A stretch of 64,000 nucleotides of DNA, taken from Treponema sp. GTDB lineage: Bacteria; Spirochaetota; Spirochaetia; Treponematales; Treponemataceae. Within the stretch, counting starts at the first letter, position 1; each line of letters begins with the position of its first letter. This document shows positions 30,661 to 40,195 of this stretch, in pieces. The notes under the pieces are model-generated. The model was not told the origin of the DNA. It was given only the letters and a program-made list of their open reading frames with translations, and searched no databases. Location of the stretch: assembly GCA_017617115.1 (NCBI GenBank), contig JAFZXA010000080.1:7470-71469 (forward strand), given 5' to 3'. A program made the position numbers and the translations under genes.

Positions 30661-33600
30661 TTACAATAGTTTACTCAGTTTTTCCCTTATAAATTCTGAC
30701 TTTTCTTTTAGACCTATTTTTCCTAATTTAATAAATAGAACGCTCGGCATAGTCGGGTCAAGTCGTATGGTTCCAGGATTATCTTTAATAAGCTTCATAA
30801 AATTATCAATACTGATATTTGCTGTGTTTGCAAATTCAACTTTAACTTCACCTTGCTTTTCGCGTAATGATTTTATTTCAAGTTTTCGGCAGAGTATACG
30901 AATTTCAGCCAGAGCAAGAAGGCTAGAAACTTCATCTGGAATAGGACCAAATCGGTCAGAAAGTTCATTTACTATTGCTTCAAATTCCTGGTCTGTTGTA
31001 ATAGAGGCAATCTTTTTATAAATCTCCATTTTAATCTGAGGAACAGTAACATAAGTATCTGGAATGTATCCTGTGTATTCCATTTCCATAAGAACTTCAC
31101 TGTCGGGTTTGTAATCCTTTTGGGCGGTAAGACGGTTTACTGCTTCATTAAGCAGGCGCATATACAAATCAAAACCAACTGCATATACATCGCCGGACTG
31201 ATCCTTACCAAGCAGATTGCCGGCTCCTCGGATTTCCATATCTTTCATGGCAATCTTAAAGCCGCTTCCAAGTTCTGTAAAATCACTTATTACCTGAAGA
31301 CGTTTCATTGCAACTTCACTCAAAGCTCTGTCTTTTGGATAAAGCAGATATGCGTATGCTTTTCTGTCGCTGCGACCAACACGACCACGTAACTGATAAA
31401 GCTGTGAAACGCCATACATATCGGCTCGGTCAATAATGATTGTATTTACATTTGGTATATCAATTCCGTTTTCAATAATTGTTGTTGCAATAAGTACATG
31501 AAAACCTCCCATCTTAAAACGATGGAAAATATCATCAAGTTCACTGCTTGTCATCTGCCCATGTGCAACATCAACAAGGCATTCCGGAACAATTCGTTCA
31601 ATTCTCTGGCGAACTTCGAGAAGAGACTCTACCCTGTTATGTAAAAAGAAAACCTGCCCTCCCCGGTCCATTTCCTGTCTTATAGCAGCTGCTACCCTGT
31701 CATCATTGAATTCATCAATCACAGTTTCAATTGCCTGACGGTTCTGCGGAGGTGTTGTTAAAAGACTCATGTCGCGGATTTTTAAAAGACTCATATGAAG
31801 TGTGCGAGGAATTGGAGTTGCAGACATTGTAAGACAGTCAACATTGTTTTTCATTTCCTTAAGGCGTTCCTTGTCTTTTACGCCAAAACGCTGCTCTTCA
31901 TCAATTATCATAAGGCCAAGATTTTTAAAATGAACATCTTTTTGAATAATGCGGTGCGTACCAACTAAAATATCAAGCTCGCCCTGCTCCAGTTTTTTAA
32001 GGATTTTTTTCTGTTCGGCAGCAGGAACAAAACGACTAAGTCGGGCAATCTTTACAGGGAAGTTTTTGAAGCGTTCAATTAAAGTTTCATAATGCTGTTC
32101 TGCAAGTATTGTTGTTGGTGCCAGAAAGGCTACCTGCTTACCACCCATTACAGCCTTAAAAGCTGCCCTCATTGCAATTTCGGTTTTACCATAGCCAACA
32201 TCACCGCAAATCAAGCGGTCCATTGGAACAGGCTTTTCCATGTCAGCTTTTACTTCTTCTGTTACTGTTATCTGATCAGGAGTATCTTCATAAGGGAACG
32301 CGGCTTCAAAAGCACTTTGCCATTCTTTTTCTTTTGGAAAAGCATACCCTACACTGGCCTTTCGCCTTGAATACAAATCAATAAGTTTTTGTGCAAGATC
32401 TTCTACAGCCTTCTGAACCTTACTCTTTCGGTTTTCCCATGATTTACTGCCAATACGGTCAAGACGAGGTTTTTCACCTTCGTTACCAATATAACGCTGA
32501 ACAAGGTTTACCTGCTCAATCGGTACAAAAGCAAATTCCTGGTCGGCATATTCAAGCTTAATATAATCGCGTTCATTACCAAGCGATTTTACGCGTTCAA
32601 TTCCATGAAAGAGCCCTATTCCCCAGTTTACATGAACTATATAGTCGCCGGGATTGAGCTCAACAAACGTATCAATTACCTGAGATTTTGCTTTATTAAC
32701 AGATTTTGCAACATACTTACGTCGTCCAAAAATCTCATTTTCCTGAATTACCAAAAGCTTAATTTCCGGGATATTAAATCCAGCTGTAATTGCTTTTGGT
32801 ATAAGCTGAACAGGTTTACGGATTTCATCAGGCTCAATATCAGTCCAATCTTTGAATATTTCATGAATACGAAGCTGCTGGTTATCGTTGTCGGTAAAAA
32901 TCGTTATATTCCAGCCATCATTCTGAAGATTCGTGAGCTCTTCTTTCATATAGTTTAAGTTTCCAAAGAAACTACGCGATGGCTCTGTTTTTAAGACAAT
33001 CTGTGTGTTTTGAGCATCATTTTCATCTAAAACTGTCTTAAAATATAGACTATTTGACACTTTTTCGAGTAATAAATTAAGTTCATAAAGCATCATATCA
33101 GGCGGGAGAACAGGTAAAGTCTCTTTTGTCTTTCTGTACATCCCTGAATATTCCCGGTTTATTGCAAGTTCTGCATTTAAAAGGCGGTCATAATCGTAAA
33201 ATAAAACAAATGTATCTGATGCAAGATAATCAAGAATTGAAAATTGTTTGTCCCATAAAAGGCTGTAATAAAACTCCTCGCCTTCTGTTTCTTTTTTAAC
33301 TGAAAGTTCATCAAGCATCATTTCCTGGTATTGAAGAGCATGCTCTGTAAACGGCAGATGGATGTGACCGTGAATTTCATCATCTTCCTGCGTTCCCGAA
33401 GAAATTGCGCTGTTCTGATATTCAGAAAGCTTAAGACGAAGTTTATCTACCAGTTCATCAGTCCAAAGAACTTCTTTTGTAGGACAAATTGTAATACTTT
33501 CTCTAGATTTTAGAGTTATTTGAGAATCTGTTTCAAACTCTTTAAGCGACTCAATTATATCAAAATCAAAAACAATACGAACAGGATTTTCTTCAAGCGG

Positions 33601-34263
33601 TAGAAAAATATCAAGAACCTCTCCCCTAAGACTAAACTCACCCCTGACATTAACGCGTGAAACTCTTGTATATCCAATTTGTGTAAGCTTTTGTGCAATT
33701 TTTACAGTATCAATTGAATCCTTTTTTTTGAGTGTAAATGAAAACTGTTTTGTGTATTCCGGTGGCGGCAGTGCGCTCATAAAAGAACGCTGGGTTATTA
33801 TAAAAATGCGCGGTGAAAGATTTGTTGTAAAAGTCTGCTGTTCCAGCAGTTTTGAAAGGAAACCTGCACGCTGACCAAAAACTACTGAACCACGAGCAGC
33901 CGGTCTGTACGGAATTGTTCCCCATCCTGGAAAAAGAAAAATCTGAGCTTCGGGGAAAATTGCCTGAAGGTCAAGCTTGAGATTATTCATTTCAAATTCA
34001 CTTGGAACAATAATTAAATAATCTTGCGAAAAGCTTTTATATTCTACTGTCTTCTTACTTGAATTACTGTACTGAACTGCCTGAAGTGTTTTATATTTTG
34101 CAGCATTACTAAGTTCACTTAAAAAATATGTAAAAAGACTGCCGTGTGTTCCGCTTATAAGAACAGGAAAGTTTACCTGAGATGAAGTTATTTTATCTGC
34201 TGCGTTTGAGAAATCGTTCCAATTATGTAAAAAATTATTAATAGAAGAATATAATGATTTCAT
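30661..34263 (-). CDS. mfd: transcription-repair coupling factor
   Basis: UvrB-like RGEVLDIF, CarD-like VHVNWGIG, GDVGYGKTE, DEEQRFG, MSATPIPRT, QLRGRVGR, C-terminal TRCF domain. Confidence 0.98.
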   Translation of the reverse strand: MKSLYSSINNFLHNWNDFSNAADKITSSQVNFPVLISGTHGSLFTYFLSELSNAAKYKTLQAVQYSNSSKKTVEYKSFSQDYLIIVPSEFEMNNLKLDLQAIFPEAQIFLFPGWGTIPYRPAARGSVVFGQRAGFLSKLLEQQTFTTNLSPRIFIITQRSFMSALPPPEYTKQFSFTLKKKDSIDTVKIAQKLTQIGYTRVSRVNVRGEFSLRGEVLDIFLPLEENPVRIVFDFDIIESLKEFETDSQITLKSRESITICPTKEVLWTDELVDKLRLKLSEYQNSAISSGTQEDDEIHGHIHLPFTEHALQYQEMMLDELSVKKETEGEEFYYSLLWDKQFSILDYLASDTFVLFYDYDRLLNAELAINREYSGMYRKTKETLPVLPPDMMLYELNLLLEKVSNSLYFKTVLDENDAQNTQIVLKTEPSRSFFGNLNYMKEELTNLQNDGWNITIFTDNDNQQLRIHEIFKDWTDIEPDEIRKPVQLIPKAITAGFNIPEIKLLVIQENEIFGRRKYVAKSVNKAKSQVIDTFVELNPGDYIVHVNWGIGLFHGIERVKSLGNERDYIKLEYADQEFAFVPIEQVNLVQRYIGNEGEKPRLDRIGSKSWENRKSKVQKAVEDLAQKLIDLYSRRKASVGYAFPKEKEWQSAFEAAFPYEDTPDQITVTEEVKADMEKPVPMDRLICGDVGYGKTEIAMRAAFKAVMGGKQVAFLAPTTILAEQHYETLIERFKNFPVKIARLSRFVPAAEQKKILKKLEQGELDILVGTHRIIQKDVHFKNLGLMIIDEEQRFGVKDKERLKEMKNNVDCLTMSATPIPRTLHMSLLKIRDMSLLTTPPQNRQAIETVIDEFNDDRVAAAIRQEMDRGGQVFFLHNRVESLLEVRQRIERIVPECLVDVAHGQMTSSELDDIFHRFKMGGFHVLIATTIIENGIDIPNVNTIIIDRADMYGVSQLYQLRGRVGRSDRKAYAYLLYPKDRALSEVAMKRLQVISDFTELGSGFKIAMKDMEIRGAGNLLGKDQSGDVYAVGFDLYMRLLNEAVNRLTAQKDYKPDSEVLMEMEYTGYIPDTYVTVPQIKMEIYKKIASITTDQEFEAIVNELSDRFGPIPDEVSSLLALAEIRILCRKLEIKSLREKQGEVKVEFANTANISIDNFMKLIKDNPGTIRLDPTMPSVLFIKLGKIGLKEKSEFIREKLSKLL

Positions 34264-34311
34264 TACAAAATACCGATATTATAGTAGAATACAAGATTAA
34301 AGGAGTATACT

Positions 34312-35289
34312 TTGAAAATCCGTAAACTTGCAATTATTATATCAGTTCTTTGTCTTTTTGGACAGTCATTGTTTGCACAGGAATCCGTTGTTCAGGATTA
34401 CTCTGATGCTTCTGTTTCAATAAAATATTACAATCGTTCAATTTATTATCCTGGAATGAATGATGATAATCCAATAAATGTTCATATTACAATCAAGAAT
34501 AACGGTACTGAAACCTTGCGTTTTAAACTTGCCGATGACCGTGCATTCAGTCTTGATTTTTATGCCTATACTGTAAAGAACAGCGCCCTTGAAATGACAG
34601 ATTCTGTAATTGAAAAACGTACTACAAACAGAACTGTATATTTCCGTGAAATTGCACTTGAAGGCGGTGAAGAATATTCATTCATTGAAAATGTAAAAGA
34701 TTATATAAAAGTTGAAGACCCTAGCGTTTATTATCTTGAAATGAGCTTCTATCCTGAACTTTATAAATCAAAATATATTAAGCTTAATTCAAATCGTTTG
34801 ACTTTAGAAATAAGACCTTCTACTTCGGCAGCATCTTCAACTTATGTTCCTGTTAAAGATTCTACTTCTGAAATTTTAAAACCTGAAGAAATTGCCCCGG
34901 ACAAGGTTGTTGAACAGACTATTATTGCAAGACAAAAGTCCCTTTGGGATCAGTACTTCCTTTACATGGATGTTGAATCACTTTTGAAACGAAACTCAGC
35001 ATTGAGTAAAAAATATGTTTCTGTTAGTGCTCAGGAACGTGCACGAATGCTTGAATCATTTAAAGCAGACTTAATGCAGTCTAGAATTGAAAACGATATT
35101 ATTGCTGTTCCGGAACGCTTCCAGATTGAAAAAACAACCTACTCTCCTACTGAAGGAACTGTTACTGTAATTGAATGGTTTAAGTATCCAAACTTCAGCG
35201 AAAAGAAACGTTATACATACAAGGTTCGCCAGCGTGAAGGAATCTGGACAATTTACGATTACACTGTTGTAAATCTTGGAACTGAATAA
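34312..35289 (+). CDS. exported hypothetical protein
   Basis: TTG start after AAGGAG; signal peptide ending SLFA; Ig-like N-terminal and NTF2-like C-terminal appearance. Confidence 0.82.
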   Translation: MKIRKLAIIISVLCLFGQSLFAQESVVQDYSDASVSIKYYNRSIYYPGMNDDNPINVHITIKNNGTETLRFKLADDRAFSLDFYAYTVKNSALEMTDSVIEKRTTNRTVYFREIALEGGEEYSFIENVKDYIKVEDPSVYYLEMSFYPELYKSKYIKLNSNRLTLEIRPSTSAASSTYVPVKDSTSEILKPEEIAPDKVVEQTIIARQKSLWDQYFLYMDVESLLKRNSALSKKYVSVSAQERARMLESFKADLMQSRIENDIIAVPERFQIEKTTYSPTEGTVTVIEWFKYPNFSEKKRYTYKVRQREGIWTIYDYTVVNLGTE

Positions 35290-35310
35290 TTAAACGAACA
35301 GGCGGATTTT

Positions 35311-35955
35311 ATGAAAGCGCTTATTATTTCAGAAGATGAAAAAGTTTACTCTACTCTAAATGATATTCTTATAAAAGCCGATTACGATACAATTATTTAC
35401 AAATGGCTTTTAAAAGCGCTCGACAACATTGAAGAGATTCGTCCTGATTTAATTGTTGTTAGTTCTTCAGAATATCCTCGCCACTGGAAAACACTTGTAC
35501 AATTTGTTAAAAGCGGTATTGGTGGAGACGACATAGATATTTATCTTTATGAGCCTAACCCTATTTCTGATGAAGATCAGGAAAAAGCAAAAGTTCTTGG
35601 AGTTACCGGCTGTTTTGATAAATTTGAAGATTTTGAAAAATTAGTACAGCCTCAAGTTTCTATAAAAGAAGAAGCTGTTGTTCCAAATACCGGTCACTTT
35701 ATGTTTACTCATCCTGTTTCGAAAAAGTTTATAAGCGGTAAATACTTTGATTATAACGGAAAAACTCTTTCGTGTACTTTCTATAATGCTTCTGATTTAG
35801 ATTCAATTAAAGACGGAATGGAAGTTCCAGCCTTCTCGTTTTTTGATAGTCAGAAAACAAGAACAGCACAAGTACTTCTTAAAAGCATTATGAAAGTAAA
35901 TGATTCAAATATTTTTGTTATTGTAGAAATATCAGATATCTATCATGAGAATTAA
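35311..35955 (+). CDS. hypothetical protein with degenerate receiver-like N-terminal domain
   Basis: MKALIISEDE...ALDNIEEIRPDLIVVSS: receiver-like, phospho-Asp position is Ser. Confidence 0.75.
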   Translation: MKALIISEDEKVYSTLNDILIKADYDTIIYKWLLKALDNIEEIRPDLIVVSSSEYPRHWKTLVQFVKSGIGGDDIDIYLYEPNPISDEDQEKAKVLGVTGCFDKFEDFEKLVQPQVSIKEEAVVPNTGHFMFTHPVSKKFISGKYFDYNGKTLSCTFYNASDLDSIKDGMEVPAFSFFDSQKTRTAQVLLKSIMKVNDSNIFVIVEISDIYHEN

Positions 35956-36331
35956 TCGTTTTAAAAAAGCAAAATTTTTCTGTGAATTCTGCGGTAATGA
36001 AGTTCACCAGAATGATAAAGTCTGTCAGTATTGTGGTAAATTCTTTGCTTCTGTTCGCTGCCCTAAATGTGGAAAAGTTGGTCGCACAGAGGAATTTACA
36101 CATGGTTGTCCTAACTGTGGATATGCTGTTAGACCAAGTAATGGAAAAAAAGCATCATTTGGAATAAGAAATCTTTTGGGATTGGGGACTTCTAAAAGCG
36201 GACCCTTCGACGGGCTCAGGGACCGATCTTCTTCAAAAAATTATGATGGTGGGCTTCCGGTATGGATGTATATTCTTGTAATTGCCGTTCTTTTAGCTCT
36301 TGTTGCCGGACTTTACAGTTGTTTGACTTAA
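35945..36331 (+). CDS. double zinc-ribbon membrane protein
   Basis: four CxxC motifs, C-terminal TM; contains in-frame family-B repeat. Confidence 0.82.
   Translation: MRINRFKKAKFFCEFCGNEVHQNDKVCQYCGKFFASVRCPKCGKVGRTEEFTHGCPNCGYAVRPSNGKKASFGIRNLLGLGTSKSGPFDGLRDRSSSKNYDGGLPVWMYILVIAVLLALVAGLYSCLT
36203..36225. repeat. family-B REP-like element inside CDS
   Basis: CCCTTCGACGGGCTCAGGGACCG, translated PFDGLRD. Confidence 0.85.
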
Positions 36332-36351
36332 AACCTTATTTTTGATATATT
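36323..36351 (+). promoter_or_regulatory. sigma70 promoter for tRNA-Leu
   Basis: TTGACT (36323-36328), 17 nt, TATATT (36346-36351). Confidence 0.65.
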
Positions 36352-36364
36352 GATTTACAAGTTA

Positions 36365-36448
36365 GCCCGGATGGCGGAATTGGTAGACGCGCTTGGTTCA
36401 GGTCCAAGTGTCCTTACGGTCATAGGAGTTCAAGTCTCCTTCCGGGTA
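36365..36448 (+). tRNA. tRNA-Leu(CAG)
   Basis: GCCCGGA/TCCGGGT acceptor stem, GGCGGAATTGGTAGACGC D arm, CTTGG-TTCAGGT-CCAAG, long variable arm, GTTCAAGTC; no encoded CCA. Confidence 0.96.
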
Positions 36449-37153
36449 TTCAAATTGAATTTTTGAGGCACAGAAATGCATTTGCTCTGTGCTTTTATTT
36501 TTTAACGCATCCTCTTTAGCTTGTGTGTTATAAATAATATCACCTATTACAGGAAGTCCGCACCAGGCAAGATGACAACGCACCTGATGACGATATCCGT
36601 TTGTAATTGTACATTCAACCAGTGCAGTATTTTTTTCTTTATTAATTTTTTTTATAGTGATGTTTGTTGTATAAAGAACTTTTTTTTCAACTTTTTTAAG
36701 CGCAATTTCTGAATCTTTCGGAAATACAGGACGCACTTCTTTTCGACCAGGTCCAAATGGGCGGAAGTAAGATGTTATTGTCATATTTTCTCCCATCTCG
36801 TCATTGCGAGGAGCAAAGCGACGTGGCAATCCACATCCACATTCCGCCGTATAAGTTTTAATTATCCTATTTTCCTTCTGTTCTTCCTGCAAAAAAGCAT
36901 AACATTCCTGAGTGGCAGCAATTATCATAAGTCCAGCCGTAGCGGTATCAAGCCTATGCAGTAATCCATGCTCTATAGTTTTTTTTCCTTGAACTTCAAT
37001 CAGCTCTGGAAAAAGCTTTGCTGCCTGATAAAAAGCATTATTTGTATCATTTTCATTCAATGGTGCCGAAGGAAGTCCCGCAGGCTTATCTATAATGACA
37101 AATGGTTTTTGAGAATCCGGCTTATGTATTATTTTAATCTGCAGTTCACTCAT
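36398..37153 (-). CDS. RluA-family pseudouridine synthase (no S4 domain)
   Basis: IIDKPAGL, LHRLDTATAGL, KTY.A, GYRHQVRCHLA..GLPVIGD. Confidence 0.9.
   Translation of the reverse strand: MSELQIKIIHKPDSQKPFVIIDKPAGLPSAPLNENDTNNAFYQAAKLFPELIEVQGKKTIEHGLLHRLDTATAGLMIIAATQECYAFLQEEQKENRIIKTYTAECGCGLPRRFAPRNDEMGENMTITSYFRPFGPGRKEVRPVFPKDSEIALKKVEKKVLYTTNITIKKINKEKNTALVECTITNGYRHQVRCHLAWCGLPVIGDIIYNTQAKEDALKNKSTEQMHFCASKIQFEYPEGDLNSYDRKDTWT
36465..36503 (+). terminator. intrinsic terminator of tRNA-Leu, embedded antisense in the RluA CDS
   Basis: GAGGCACAGA/TCTGTGCTTT stem followed by TATTTTTT. Confidence 0.7.
36799..36832. repeat. family-A-like palindromic element inside the RluA CDS
   Basis: CGTCATTGCGAGGAGCAAAGCGACGTGGCAATCC; GC-rich island translated GLPRRFAPRND. 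Confidence 0.8.
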
Positions 37154-38121
37154 TCTGTAAATTCTTTTTTGTTATACATCTGTTTTAATTTTTTTTCCAG
37201 CTCTAGAAATCGTTTTGGAGTTGGTGTAATAAATGTTCGAGGTTTGTTTTCGCCTGGAAGTGTAATTTGCAAAAGCTTTGAATGAAGCATAAGTGTTGCA
37301 TCCGGAAAAATAGGGTCAACTTTATTATAAACAGGATCGCCAACAATAGGGCATCCTAAATATTTCATATGAACGCGAATCTGGTGTGTACGCCCTGTCT
37401 TAAGCCTGACACGCACAAGCGTATAATTTCCATAGCTTGAAATACAATGATACAGCGTTCTTGCATATTTTCCTTCAGACGTATTTTCAACAGCCTTAAA
37501 ACGTTTTCTGTCTTTGGGGTCTCTGATTATTTGTGTACGAATATCACCGGCTACGGCTGGAGGACGGCCTTTTACTATTAAAATATATTCTTTTCGAAGT
37601 GTTTTTTGTCTAAACTGCTGGCCAAGATATTCTTCGACATCACGATTTTTTGCAGTTATAATTATTCCAGAAGTTTCTTTATCAAGACGGTGTACAATTC
37701 CAGGACGGCGGAATTCCATTATTTTTTGTTCACTACCCTCTTTCACTTGTTTTACAGCTTCACGACCCCAATGATAAAGAAGTGCATTTACTAAAGTTCC
37801 GTTCCAGTTACCGCATGCTGGATGAGTTACCATTCCCTGAGCTTTATTTACTACTGTTACATTTTCATCTTCGTAAATAATATCAAGCGGAATATTTTCG
37901 GGTTCAATATTTTCGGGAATGTTATCTTCCCAGAAAATATCAATTAAATCGTTTGCATTAACCTTTTGTGAAAGCTTTGATTTTTTTCCGTTTACAAGAA
38001 TTTCTGTTACTCCGCTTTTAAGCTTTGACCTGTTCATCCCATTTGGTAAAGATGCAATATATTTGTCGAGTCTTTCACCTTTATCATATTGAGCGGGAAC
38101 TTTTACAGTAAATACAGGCAT
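37150..38121 (-). CDS. rluD: RluD-like pseudouridine synthase with S4 domain
   Basis: ERLDKYI, VNKAQGMVTHP, RPGIVHRLDKETSG, TGRTHQIRVH, GCPIVGDPVY. Confidence 0.88.
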   Translation of the reverse strand: MPVFTVKVPAQYDKGERLDKYIASLPNGMNRSKLKSGVTEILVNGKKSKLSQKVNANDLIDIFWEDNIPENIEPENIPLDIIYEDENVTVVNKAQGMVTHPACGNWNGTLVNALLYHWGREAVKQVKEGSEQKIMEFRRPGIVHRLDKETSGIIITAKNRDVEEYLGQQFRQKTLRKEYILIVKGRPPAVAGDIRTQIIRDPKDRKRFKAVENTSEGKYARTLYHCISSYGNYTLVRVRLKTGRTHQIRVHMKYLGCPIVGDPVYNKVDPIFPDATLMLHSKLLQITLPGENKPRTFITPTPKRFLELEKKLKQMYNKKEFTE

Positions 38122-38609
38122 TATTCAAAATCCTCATCTTGATTTTGAGAAGCTTGGGGTAATGAAATTTTTACAGCATCAGGATTTTCTTCAATTTGAA
38201 TATTTGAATCCTGCATACGCTCACGTTTTTTAATTCTGCTTCGTTTAATAAGATTTATTACATAATCAGAAAGACCAATACCAGCGCTAATACAAAGAGA
38301 TGTTACTATAATTCGTTCCATTTCTTTCTGGCTGTAATCGGCAGTAGCAAGAGGATTAAATTTACTTGCTTTGCCTGTGGCATATTTATAACCGTTATAG
38401 GCAATGGCAGAATCTAAAGTAATAAAAGGCATTGCACCAAGAGTAATAACTTCAAAACGACGTAAATCTTTTAGAGGCTGTGCAAATTCATCATCGTTAT
38501 ATGGCTCGGGAGTTGTATTTGTTTGAGTTGACTGATTTGACTGAGCAAAACAATTTGAAGCAGCAAAAAAGAGAAATAATGATAATGCAGTAAACAAAAG
38601 CCTTTTCAT
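38121..38609 (-). CDS. hypothetical exported/membrane protein
   Basis: signal peptide, PEPY..DEF, LRRFEVITLGAMPF; embedded in operon. Confidence 0.8.
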   Translation of the reverse strand: MKRLLFTALSLFLFFAASNCFAQSNQSTQTNTTPEPYNDDEFAQPLKDLRRFEVITLGAMPFITLDSAIAYNGYKYATGKASKFNPLATADYSQKEMERIIVTSLCISAGIGLSDYVINLIKRSRIKKRERMQDSNIQIEENPDAVKISLPQASQNQDEDFE

Positions 38610-38612
38610 AAA

Positions 38613-39317
38613 TTAATATACTCTTTCTCCAAAAATTGCAGTTCCAACCCGTACAAGTGTTGAACCTTCTTCAATTGCAATTTCAAAATCGCCTGACATT
38701 CCCATTGAAAGTTCATTTAGTTCAAACATAGAATATTGTGTTTTGATTTTTTCTGCAAGAAGACGCAAAGTAACAAATGATTTACGAACAAGTGATTTAT
38801 CGTCTGTAAAAGGCGCCATTGTCATAAATCCGGCTGGAATTATATGAGGAAAAGCTCCTTCTTTACACTGTTCCAACGCTTCATATAATTTATCATCACT
38901 TGTAAAACCCGACTTTGATTCTTCACCTGTATGATATTCAAAAAGCACTTTTATCTGTTTATTAAGCTTTGCACATTGTTTTTCAATTTCTTGCAAGAGA
39001 TCAATTCTGTCTACAGATTCAATACAGCTTGCAATTTCAACTGCATGCTTTACTTTATTAGTCTGAAGTTGTCCGATCATGTGTAGTTCTGTTTGGGAAC
39101 ACTTTTCAAAAACAGCAGGAAACTTTGAATAAGCTTCCTGAACACGGTTTTCACCAAATAAAAACTGCCCTGCTTCAACTGCTTCAAATACAGCTTCTAC
39201 CGGATGAAACTTACTTACAGCCATAAGCTTTACAGAACCTTCTGCGCGACCACTCGCCTTTTCTGCTGCTCTTATTTTTGTATTTATAATTTCAAGATTT
39301 TGTTTTATATCACTCAT
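38613..39317 (-). CDS. yggS: YggS/PROSC pyridoxal phosphate homeostasis protein
   Basis: AVSKF, FGENRVQE, HMIGQLQTNKVK, LSMGMSGDF, VRVGTAIFG. Confidence 0.96.
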   Translation of the reverse strand: MSDIKQNLEIINTKIRAAEKASGRAEGSVKLMAVSKFHPVEAVFEAVEAGQFLFGENRVQEAYSKFPAVFEKCSQTELHMIGQLQTNKVKHAVEIASCIESVDRIDLLQEIEKQCAKLNKQIKVLFEYHTGEESKSGFTSDDKLYEALEQCKEGAFPHIIPAGFMTMAPFTDDKSLVRKSFVTLRLLAEKIKTQYSMFELNELSMGMSGDFEIAIEEGSTLVRVGTAIFGERVY

Positions 39318-40195
39318 TTTGTTTCCTCGGCTGCAATTACATCACTAAGCTTTAGCATTTGTTCAATTGTTAAAACTTCTGCCCTGAGCATTGGATCTAT
39401 ACCGGCTTTTTCAAGACAATTTAATGCTTTTTCGCTGTTGTTCAAAAATCCCTGAAGATTATTACGTACAGTTTTTCGTCTTGAACTAAACAAGGCCCTT
39501 TGCATTTTTATAAAAAGCTTAGGATTTGTACAGCGCGGAAAATCTTCTTTTTTAGTAAATACAACAGCGCGTGAATCTACATTAGGCTTTGGCCAGAAGC
39601 TTGCACCTGCTAAATCCATAAGATTTTTTACATTATAAGCCCAGTTGCATAATACCGAAAGCGAAGAATAATCGTCATCGCCTGGTTTTGCGGCCATTCG
39701 AACGGCAACTTCTTTTTGAACTGTAAAAACACAGCGGTCAAAACGGATTCCTTTTTCAATTGTATCGGCTATTATTGTTGCAGCAATATTATATGGCAGA
39801 TTTCCAAAAAAACGTTGTGGAATAATTGTGCCGTTTTGAGTTTGTCCATACCAGTTTTTAATAACATCGCCTTCAATAATACGAAACATTTGTTTATCGC
39901 TGTAATCTTTGAAAAACTGTGAAATTAAAGAAATAAAACCGCGGTCAATTTCAAAGACGGTAAGATTAGTACCGCGTTCAAGAAGCTCGTTTGTCATAGC
40001 CCCTAGTCCCGGTCCTACTTCCCAGACTGTTGTTCCTTCTTTTACATCAAGTGCATCTATGAGTTTTGTTCTTGCAGCACCGTTTATTAAAAAGTTCTGA
40101 CCAAATTTTTTCTGCATTGAAAAGCCGTTGTCATCAAGAATCTTTTTTAGTTCTGCAGGTGAATTATAGTCAGGGTGATTCAATTTATTCTCCAT
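39314..40195 (-). CDS. rsmA: 16S rRNA m6,2A dimethyltransferase
   Basis: KKFGQNFL, EVGPGLG, FEID, NLPYNI, QKEVA.R, FWPKPNVDS. Confidence 0.96.
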   Translation of the reverse strand: MENKLNHPDYNSPAELKKILDDNGFSMQKKFGQNFLINGAARTKLIDALDVKEGTTVWEVGPGLGAMTNELLERGTNLTVFEIDRGFISLISQFFKDYSDKQMFRIIEGDVIKNWYGQTQNGTIIPQRFFGNLPYNIAATIIADTIEKGIRFDRCVFTVQKEVAVRMAAKPGDDDYSSLSVLCNWAYNVKNLMDLAGASFWPKPNVDSRAVVFTKKEDFPRCTNPKLFIKMQRALFSSRRKTVRNNLQGFLNNSEKALNCLEKAGIDPMLRAEVLTIEQMLKLSDVIAAEETK

